In this document: positions 54,618 to 62,234 of the stretch, one piece after another
Position numbering within the stretch: the first letter of the stretch is position 1
Layout: every line of letters starts with the position of its first letter
Origin: a virus
DNA length: 64,000 bases
IMG/VR virus record: IMGVR_UViG_3300044614_002195
Coordinates: 64,001 to 128,000 of that record
Reading direction: 5' to 3' (one strand)
Made by a program: the position numbers and the translations under genes
The notes under the pieces: model-generated
The model's input: only the letters and a program-made list of their open reading frames with translations
Told to the model about the DNA's origin: nothing
Databases searched by the model: none

Positions 54618-55521
54618 GCTAAAGTTCGGAAAAGTAAAAAGCGTGTCGGGAGGCAGTTATAGAATTGCTTGCCCGACATGCGATCCGAAGAACAGCAAGA
54701 AGATGAAGAGGTACATCAACCCTGGATGGACCCAGAGTAGGTGTTTTATCTGTGAAGAGGCTATCCCTATACAAGAACTCCTTGGTGAAAATATAGTACT
54801 AGAAAGGGCTACGGAAAACGAAGAAGAGACCGAGTATAAGTATGCCAAGATATTGCCGTACGAAAGTGCTGTAAAGCTCAGTGACATGAGTAAGGCTTCG
54901 CCCGTAATAGATTTCTTTTATAAAGACTATCTATTTAACTTTGCGTATTACGACAGTCTAGGTATCAGATACATTCCAGCCGGCTGCGGTAAAAATATCA
55001 GTTTCGATAGCGGGTTTACAGTTAACACTAGCGAAAGCTTGTTCTTTCCTGTATTTGCTAAAGATAACTCGTATGCAGGCTGGCAGTTAAGATTTATACC
55101 TGGTACATGGAATGGAGACAGATTCCAATTCATGCGATACATGCACCTGTTTCCGAAGGGTAACTATTTATTCAACTATGCTGTTGCTAAGCAGTATAAA
55201 GATGTAGTAGTTGTGGAGGGAGTAAAAAAAGCATTGAAACTTGGTAACGCTGTAGCTACTTTGGGTAAAGGTATATCGATAGCTCAAAAGCAGCTAATCC
55301 AAGAGTGGAAAACAATAACGCTAATACTAGACGGAGAAGATAATACGCAGGAGCTTGCTAGAGAAATTCAATCAGAGTTTATCAGCAACGGTAGAAAATG
55401 CGTGAATATTGATCTTAGAGACTATGGCTTTGAATCACCTGACGACGCAACATCCGAGCAGCTTCAGTATATTATTCAGAAAGAACATGAACGACAAAGA
55501 CCCAGATCCTCAGTTGGTTAA
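54589..55521 (+). CDS. DNA primase (Zn-binding domain plus TOPRIM)
   Basis: CPTC...CFIC; YLFNY; VVVVEG; ATLGKG; LILDGED. Confidence 0.8.
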   Translation: MNQRVKELLKLKFGKVKSVSGGSYRIACPTCDPKNSKKMKRYINPGWTQSRCFICEEAIPIQELLGENIVLERATENEEETEYKYAKILPYESAVKLSDMSKASPVIDFFYKDYLFNFAYYDSLGIRYIPAGCGKNISFDSGFTVNTSESLFFPVFAKDNSYAGWQLRFIPGTWNGDRFQFMRYMHLFPKGNYLFNYAVAKQYKDVVVVEGVKKALKLGNAVATLGKGISIAQKQLIQEWKTITLILDGEDNTQELAREIQSEFISNGRKCVNIDLRDYGFESPDDATSEQLQYIIQKEHERQRPRSSVG

Positions 55522-56050
55522 TGATCTTATTTTCTACTATGAAGAAAAAAAGAGAATAAGTACAAAACACTTCAAGTACATCCCAAGCGACAAGTACGAC
55601 AAATACTTCAAGGAAGCTGCGGTGTTGTGTGAGCAGCTCAGCCTGCATCCCGCTCAATTCGTACAGCATATGTATGACAGAATGCATGATAAGAAAAACT
55701 TCTTTTCTCCTATGCATTTACGGGGGCAGGGAGTTATACAGTACGTACAAGGATTAGCCGACACTTCTACCACCTACGAAGTAAGTATCACTAACGCCAC
55801 ATTAAGCTATGCTGACGTGTGGGCGCAGCAATTGAACCTTGCTATGAGGTTTATTCGTAGAGGAGAACCTGTAGAGGATGTGCTGCTGGACTCTGGTCTA
55901 AAATTCTTTGCATGGTTTAGAATTCTAGCCACACCGGATAGAAGTGCAGCAATTATTGATAAGTACAAAAAAATAGCTAAGAAAGAGTTAACACCTGAGT
56001 TAACAAAATTCATAAAAGAGGAAAAACTAGATATAGACAGACTATTATGA
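55487..56050 (+). CDS. Helical protein between primase and helicase (possible loader)
   Basis: Position and overlaps only. Confidence 0.5.
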   Translation: MNDKDPDPQLVNDLIFYYEEKKRISTKHFKYIPSDKYDKYFKEAAVLCEQLSLHPAQFVQHMYDRMHDKKNFFSPMHLRGQGVIQYVQGLADTSTTYEVSITNATLSYADVWAQQLNLAMRFIRRGEPVEDVLLDSGLKFFAWFRILATPDRSAAIIDKYKKIAKKELTPELTKFIKEEKLDIDRLL

Positions 56051-57462
56051 GCGATATTTACAACGACGCAGATTACATAGAGCTAACAATCAAAAGCCTA
56101 TTCAGAGACAGGCAGGTTTTACAGAAAGCCATAGACCTGAAAGTCACTCCTTCAGACTTTGGAACGCTGAATATCTATAATGCTTTTGCTGACACTGCAC
56201 TAAGCATAGGCGCTTCTGGTCCTGGTCCGATAGGTCAGCAGTTATGCTTGTCCTATCTAAAAACAAAGCTCAAACAGTATAATATTCTTAACACGGATAT
56301 GGATACAGTTATGGACTTCTGTGAGTTTGTGTACAACGAAGAAGTTCTAAATAGTGAGTATATTCTTAAGAACTTCGCAGACTTCATAAAGTTTAGAAGA
56401 TACCAGACACTTAAGGCGGACAAGAGCGCTACGCCCGAGCTACTCGTGCAAGAGGCCACCAAGTTGGTTTCTGACATCAATTTACAGGACAGTGCAGGTG
56501 TAGTTAGAGCGTTTGACCCGTTTGAGAATCTTGTTCTGGTAGAGCATAAAGAAAGTTTAATGACAGGATTTCCTGCAGTAGATGCTGCAGCCAGAGGACT
56601 CAATTACCAGGAATTTGGGTTAATTCTAGGGCATAGCGGCTCTGGCAAAACGGCGATGGCTGTGTACTCAGCTATACAAAACGCTAAAGATAATAGAAAA
56701 GTATTATACTTATCTCTGGAAGAGCCTGCTGAAAATATTTGCTGTCGCTTGTACAGTAACATTTTCAGGATACCTTATACAGACCTACACAAAGGGTCTG
56801 TACTTATGCAGCATGATCTGCGTGAGTCTTTTCAAAATATGTGCGAAAGAGACAAGGTTGCTCTTAAGAATCTAAAAATACACGATTTGAGAGATGTCAC
56901 GCCTATCACCTGTGGATATATCCAGAACTATTTGGATAAGCTATATGCAGATACAGGATATCATCCTGACCTAGTGTACATAGACCAGCTAGACTATCTG
57001 ACTACATCTGAAAAATATGATGCCGAATGGCAGAAATATGGTAAGGTGTCGTTTGAGGTGGATGACTTATCTAATCATCTTATAGGTGGAAAACATATGT
57101 TCAGCGTATGGCTACTTCACCAGGCTAGCGGTAAGATGACAAAGAGATTCAGTAATGCGGAGATTTCAGGGTTTAAAGGTGTAATCAAGCCTACCGATAT
57201 GGCGCTGGCTATAGGTAGAGATTCTTCCCAGGATCAGACCGTGAGTATTTTTTCATTGAAGTCTAGACATGCTAAGAATTTTCAGTTTGATTATCTGGCT
57301 GAGCTTGAATTCATGAACTTTGAGCAGCTAGATAAAGCCGCACAAGACAGAGCTGAAGAAGAGAAGAAGGATAAGAAAAAACTGAATAAAGGTAACTTCG
57401 AAAACATTCCCAGGAAAGCCGCACTACTGCCTCCAGCTGGAACAGGATTCATGGCTTCATAA
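56047..57462 (+). CDS. dnaB: DnaB-like replicative helicase
   Basis: Walker A GHSGSGKT, YLSLEE, VYIDQLD, LLHQ, K-SR Arg finger. Confidence 0.85.
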   Translation: MSDIYNDADYIELTIKSLFRDRQVLQKAIDLKVTPSDFGTLNIYNAFADTALSIGASGPGPIGQQLCLSYLKTKLKQYNILNTDMDTVMDFCEFVYNEEVLNSEYILKNFADFIKFRRYQTLKADKSATPELLVQEATKLVSDINLQDSAGVVRAFDPFENLVLVEHKESLMTGFPAVDAAARGLNYQEFGLILGHSGSGKTAMAVYSAIQNAKDNRKVLYLSLEEPAENICCRLYSNIFRIPYTDLHKGSVLMQHDLRESFQNMCERDKVALKNLKIHDLRDVTPITCGYIQNYLDKLYADTGYHPDLVYIDQLDYLTTSEKYDAEWQKYGKVSFEVDDLSNHLIGGKHMFSVWLLHQASGKMTKRFSNAEISGFKGVIKPTDMALAIGRDSSQDQTVSIFSLKSRHAKNFQFDYLAELEFMNFEQLDKAAQDRAEEEKKDKKKLNKGNFENIPRKAALLPPAGTGFMAS

Positions 57463-57472
57463 CAATATAAAA

Positions 57473-60172
57473 ATGAGCGATAAAAAAGAAAAAATAGAGG
57501 TACAGCCTACCTATAAAGAAAACAGTCAGCCTGAACTAATGATTATTTTTTCTCACCCAGGGAAAGATGATCTAGAAGAAAGGGCGTTCGGTAAAAAAGG
57601 TATGGCTGAAGAGGTATTGTCTGCGCTAAATGCTGCAGATATACCTCTTGATAAAGTGTACTTTACAGGAATGGTGAGGTATGGAATTGGTAATAAGCCT
57701 AAGCCGTCAGCAGAGGATATAGAATATTGGTCAGCCAAGCTGGACGAAGAAATTGCTGCAGTTAAACCTAAACTCATCATGCCTTTGGGTGCTGAAGTAT
57801 TCAAACGCATCATGCGTACAAATATTAAAATGGGTGATTATGTAGGCGAGATCACTGATACACCCTACGGTAAAGTTCTGGCAAACTATGCTCCTGGGAT
57901 GATCGTAGTGATGGATCCTACTAAGCGTCCTGAGTTCAGGGAGATATTCGTATTGGCTAAAAAGGCGTTAGATAACAATTTAAACTATAGAGAGTTTAAG
58001 TATGTGATCATAGACGATCCTAAAGACAATATCGAGATATTGAACAACTACATTGCCCGAGGTGAGTTTAAAATAGGCTATGACGCTGAATGGTACGGAG
58101 ATAAGTTTACAGACGACGAGGTAATGTATGAGTTTCAATATAGCTGCCAAAGAGATTTTGCAGTGATCTTGAATATCTCTAAAGACGGCTCCACAGAAAA
58201 CCGAGAGCTTCTAGATACGATGAAGATCATGCTAGAGCACCCTAAAGCCCAGCGTATGGGCTGGAACATAAGGGCTGACGATTTACGCTTGAGGCATAGA
58301 GGATTTAATTTACCTGACGAAACGCTAGCGTTTGACGGTATGAAGGCTGTGGCTTTCTTTGACTCTAGGCTCAGTAAGGGGCTAGAAACGGGGATTAAGC
58401 ACTTTACCGATTATGCTCCATACTATACAGCATTAAACAGAAAGGTTAAGGAGCATAAGCTTGGTAAAGCAGAAATGGCTAAGCTTAAGTTTTTGGAGCC
58501 TGACATATACCATCACTATTGTGCTGGTGACGCTGTGAGTCATCGTGAGGCCTGTCTGAGGATGATGGAGATTTTTCCGGAAAAACTCAAAGATCTATAC
58601 TACAACGTATATTTGCCATTAACCCATTACTTTACAGATATGGAGTTAACAGGTATTGCTGTTGATAAGCAGGTGCTAGAAGATCTTACTGATAAGTATC
58701 TAGAAAAATATAACGCACTCAAAGATGAGCTTGTTGTCTTTCTAAAAGATGAGTTTGGTGTAGAAGAATTTAATCCTAATTCTGCTCCACAGAAAAAATC
58801 TTTGCTTTTTGAGACACTACGCGTAACTCCAGCCTACTATACAAAGTCAGGCAAATCTCCAAAGTCTAAGGCGTGGTACGATAAACAGAAGCCACAGACT
58901 CAAAAAATGTACGAGCCCAGTACAAACGGCAAGAGTCTATCTACAATAAAATTCCAGCTTGAAGAGGCGCTAGATAAATACCCAAACGACCCTGATATCA
59001 TGAGGGTGCATAAAGCAATTACTCTACTGCTTAGCGTAAGTCGTGTAGGCGTATTTGCTACAAAGTTTTTATCTAAAAAAGGTGTAGTGCTCGACCCTGA
59101 GTCAGAGCTAGATGAAGATATTGATGAACCCTTGAAGCAAAGCTATTGGGCAGCTATCTGTAATGATGGTCGCGTTCATGCTAGCTTCTTTGAATGCTTA
59201 AAGAACTTCAGAGCTAGTAGTAGTCCTAATGTTCAGAATCCCGCTTCAAAGGTTTTAGCGTATATTCCAGATATATTCGTTCCAGGGTATAGCAAACTGA
59301 GCAGCGAAGAACAGCAATCGTGCAGCAAAATGCTACCTAAAAACATTAGGAATATTTTCTGTACAGGCAACCCTGACTATTATTGGACAGAGCTTGACGT
59401 AGCTGGGGCAGATTTGGCTATTATGGCCTTTTTGTCTAGAGACGAAGACTTTATTCACGATATCAGAGCAGGCAATTTCCATCAAACAAAGATGCGAGAA
59501 TACTTCAATGACGCTACCCTCACAAAGAAAGATGTGAGTAAGTATGTGATCGCCAAGAGTATTACTTTTCGAGTCTCGTACACAGCCGGGCTAAAATTCG
59601 CAGCAATGCCCATTCAAGCTGATATTTATGCTGAGAATGGCTTGCATGTAGGATTACATACTTTAGAGTATGCGCTTGAGACTTGGGAGAGATATCGCAA
59701 GTACATGGCCTACAGAGACAGATGTACTGACGAAGTTAAAAACCATAAGCGTATCACGAACGCCAGAGGGTTGGTTTTAAACTACGAAGAAACAGATAAT
59801 TTCGGTATTCTTGCCGGTTGGATGAATGAAAGCTTGGCTTTTCCCGTGGCCAGCGAGCTTGCATGGTTTATGTGGGAGTGTTCTGTAAATCTAAAAAACC
59901 TTCTAAAGAAAGAAGGCTTATGGATGAAGTACATATACCCAGTAAATACTGTGCATGATGCAGGCTATTGGGCTGTGCACAAAGATTTGGTAAATGATAA
60001 TTATATCCAGGAAGTTCTCAAATATGTATTCTGCCACCATACAAAGCTAGCCACCGGAGATAATGTAGGTTGCGAGCTGGCCATCATGGATAGATGGAAA
60101 GGTAAAGAAAAAGTATTTGAGAGAGAAACAGCCTGGAACTTTGAAAAGAACACATGGGAATGGAAAAAGTAA
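57473..60172 (+). CDS. polA: Family A DNA polymerase with N-terminal UDG-like domain and 3'-5' exonuclease
   Basis: ExoI YDAE, ExoII WNIRADD, ExoIII YCAGD; pol motif A ELDVAGAD, motif B KSITFRVSY, motif C VHD; N-terminal UDG family 4-like pattern. Confidence 0.9.
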   Translation: MSDKKEKIEVQPTYKENSQPELMIIFSHPGKDDLEERAFGKKGMAEEVLSALNAADIPLDKVYFTGMVRYGIGNKPKPSAEDIEYWSAKLDEEIAAVKPKLIMPLGAEVFKRIMRTNIKMGDYVGEITDTPYGKVLANYAPGMIVVMDPTKRPEFREIFVLAKKALDNNLNYREFKYVIIDDPKDNIEILNNYIARGEFKIGYDAEWYGDKFTDDEVMYEFQYSCQRDFAVILNISKDGSTENRELLDTMKIMLEHPKAQRMGWNIRADDLRLRHRGFNLPDETLAFDGMKAVAFFDSRLSKGLETGIKHFTDYAPYYTALNRKVKEHKLGKAEMAKLKFLEPDIYHHYCAGDAVSHREACLRMMEIFPEKLKDLYYNVYLPLTHYFTDMELTGIAVDKQVLEDLTDKYLEKYNALKDELVVFLKDEFGVEEFNPNSAPQKKSLLFETLRVTPAYYTKSGKSPKSKAWYDKQKPQTQKMYEPSTNGKSLSTIKFQLEEALDKYPNDPDIMRVHKAITLLLSVSRVGVFATKFLSKKGVVLDPESELDEDIDEPLKQSYWAAICNDGRVHASFFECLKNFRASSSPNVQNPASKVLAYIPDIFVPGYSKLSSEEQQSCSKMLPKNIRNIFCTGNPDYYWTELDVAGADLAIMAFLSRDEDFIHDIRAGNFHQTKMREYFNDATLTKKDVSKYVIAKSITFRVSYTAGLKFAAMPIQADIYAENGLHVGLHTLEYALETWERYRKYMAYRDRCTDEVKNHKRITNARGLVLNYEETDNFGILAGWMNESLAFPVASELAWFMWECSVNLKNLLKKEGLWMKYIYPVNTVHDAGYWAVHKDLVNDNYIQEVLKYVFCHHTKLATGDNVGCELAIMDRWKGKEKVFERETAWNFEKNTWEWKK

Positions 60173-60732
60173 AATATATAAAACTAGGTAGCAATGGTCA
60201 TATAGCTATAGTAGATGCTGAAGACTACGATGATCTTGTTAAACATAAGTGGGGAGTTAAAAAAGGAAAATCCACTGCATACGCAGTTAGACATAAAAAG
60301 AAAAACGAAGTACTAATAGCGGCTAAAAAGGTCCGTATGCATAGAGAGATATTATCAAAAATATCTGAGATACCAGAAAAAATGGTTATAGATCATATAA
60401 ACCATAACGGTCTAGACAATAGAAAAGCTAACTTACGAGTATGCACTGTTTCTGAAAATGTCAGGAACAGTAGAACGTTTAAAAATAAAAAAGTTAAATA
60501 CAAAGGTGTTTTTATGGATCTAAGCAGCGCTAAAAACCCGTACAGGGCCTGTATCAGAGTTGACGGCAAACGTATAAGTCTGGGACAATATCCTACACCA
60601 GAAAAAGCAGCTAGAGCTTATAATGCCGCAGCTGTGAAATACTTTGGAGCTTTTGCCTACTTAAACGATGTGCCTGATACAGACGAAGAAGACTCAAAAG
60701 AGTTGACGCAATCTGAGCTTGAGCTGTCATGA
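60154..60732 (+). CDS. HNH endonuclease with AP2 domain (free-standing homing endonuclease type)
   Basis: IDHINHNGLDNRKANLR...EN; YKGV...YRACIRVDGKRISLG...AARAYNAAAVKYFG. Confidence 0.9.
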   Translation: MGMEKVKYIKLGSNGHIAIVDAEDYDDLVKHKWGVKKGKSTAYAVRHKKKNEVLIAAKKVRMHREILSKISEIPEKMVIDHINHNGLDNRKANLRVCTVSENVRNSRTFKNKKVKYKGVFMDLSSAKNPYRACIRVDGKRISLGQYPTPEKAARAYNAAAVKYFGAFAYLNDVPDTDEEDSKELTQSELELS

Positions 60733-61451
60733 CTAGGTTTAAATTGACCAACAACAGCAAAGTCAGATTTAAAGCTAATCACTATAATACGTTTAGCCTG
60801 ACGCAAGGAGATCCTAAAGAAGGAGGCACATGCCCTGGTATGACAGAAGGACCAGGAGGATGTGCCGAGAAATGCTACGATAAAAATCTAAGAAAGTTAT
60901 ATAAAGCATACGCTAGTGTTGAAGATCACAATACTTCACTAGTAGTAGATAAATCTCCTGTAGATATGTATGAGACTATCAAGAATTCTGTAATGTACTG
61001 GTTGTTAAGTGGAGGCAATAGTACTCCCTACTTCCGCATACATACAGGAGGAGATTTTTATAACGAGGAGTATGCGAAAGCATGGGTCAAGGTAATGCAA
61101 GAGTACCCAGGAATAAATTTCTGGGCATACACCAGATCATTGTTCTGTGTTCCTATTCTTGCAGAAGTTAAAAATTTAACCTTGTATCTAAGCTGCGATC
61201 CAGTTAACAAAGACAAAGTACTGAAAGTATATTCAGGCTATAGAAATTATCCCAACGTAGCAATAGCTTGGATGGGTAATGAAATTCCTGAAAATTTATT
61301 TTCAGACAAAGCTTTTTTAGTTTGCCCTGAAGTTACGGGTAAGCTAAAAAATACAAAGACGGAAGGCGCTTGCTCTAGATGTAGAGCTTGCGTTGACCGT
61401 AAACTAAAAAACGGAAAAACAAGACACATACAGTTTCCTATCCACAGGTAA
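60729..61451 (+). CDS. GP88-like Cys-cluster (radical-SAM-like) protein
   Basis: TCPG...GCAEKCY, FRIHTGGDF, FWAYTR, C-terminal CPEV...CSRCRAC. Confidence 0.7.
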   Translation: MTRFKLTNNSKVRFKANHYNTFSLTQGDPKEGGTCPGMTEGPGGCAEKCYDKNLRKLYKAYASVEDHNTSLVVDKSPVDMYETIKNSVMYWLLSGGNSTPYFRIHTGGDFYNEEYAKAWVKVMQEYPGINFWAYTRSLFCVPILAEVKNLTLYLSCDPVNKDKVLKVYSGYRNYPNVAIAWMGNEIPENLFSDKAFLVCPEVTGKLKNTKTEGACSRCRACVDRKLKNGKTRHIQFPIHR

Positions 61452-61496
61452 TAGTCTGCAAAGGTGACTGTATTAACAAACAAAAAAATAAATAGT

Positions 61497-61790
61497 ATGA
61501 CCAAGAAATCATCAATCAAGAACAAGTCCTGCAAAACAGCCAAGTGCACCACAACAAAAACAAACACTTACAATGTTTATGCAGAAGAATTCAATGACGG
61601 TACGGTTGCTCGTTATGTTCGACTGAACAACAGCAAGCATTATTTCATCTCTGACCTAGTCGGCCATTGGGGTCGTGGATTTGTGGACAGCGTAAAAAAC
61701 ATTATCAAGCTCCGCATTAAACACAACAACAACAGTCAAGAGCGTCGTCTTGTGCGTGCGTCAGAATTACGCACACTCAAGTTGGCATAG
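61497..61790 (+). CDS. Small basic protein, possibly Bro-N-like DNA-binding
   Basis: YVRLNNSKHYFISDLVGHWG is loosely like Bro-N. ATG 61497 preferred. Confidence 0.4.
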   Translation: MTKKSSIKNKSCKTAKCTTTKTNTYNVYAEEFNDGTVARYVRLNNSKHYFISDLVGHWGRGFVDSVKNIIKLRIKHNNNSQERRLVRASELRTLKLA

Positions 61791-61869
61791 TTTCCCTCCA
61801 AATGTTCCCCCCAGAACATTTGGTCGCAGAAAAACAACAACACACAACTCAGTAAACACTAATATTATT

Positions 61870-62130
61870 ATGAATACATACAAAATCGAAATCGCAGACA
61901 AGACCGGACACACAACTGTAGCTGACCTGACGCTAGATCAGGCAGTAGACGGAATTCTGGAGCACGCCGAGAACAATGCCCGCTGGGTATTCATTAACGG
62001 CGAAAAGTTTGAGTTCCAAGGAACCAACTATCGTGCAGAAGAGAACCTCCAAAAGCTTCGCGGCAAACTCGAGGCAGTGCAGGATCCTGCTGTGCTCCTG
62101 ACCGGTATTCTGATCGGCGGCCACAAGTAA
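61870..62130 (+). CDS. Ubiquitin-like (beta-grasp) candidate, 86 aa, C-terminus LIGG-HK
   Basis: Strand-strand-helix-strand pattern, terminal strand VLLTGILIGG plus a two-residue cap; A/C-rich leader; own terminator. Confidence 0.55.
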   Translation: MNTYKIEIADKTGHTTVADLTLDQAVDGILEHAENNARWVFINGEKFEFQGTNYRAEENLQKLRGKLEAVQDPAVLLTGILIGGHK

Positions 62131-62152
62131 ATCAGACAGGTCAATCAAAATC

Positions 62153-62190
62153 AAACCCCCTGGTGAGCAATCATCAGGGGGTTTCTTTTT
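62153..62190 (+). terminator. Intrinsic terminator with GCAA tetraloop
   Basis: AAACCCCCTGGTGA-GCAA-TCATCAGGGGGTTT followed by CTTTTT. Confidence 0.85.
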
Positions 62191-62234
62191 ACCCTTCGGG
62201 GGAGACACATACCACTTATAAAATAATAAATACT

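Noticed and set aside
56047-60172. Inteins or introns in DnaB, PolA or terminase
   Set aside because: Lengths are accounted for by expected domains; no C/S...HN splice-junction pattern or LAGLIDADG block noticed; the HNH gene lies outside the PolA frame.
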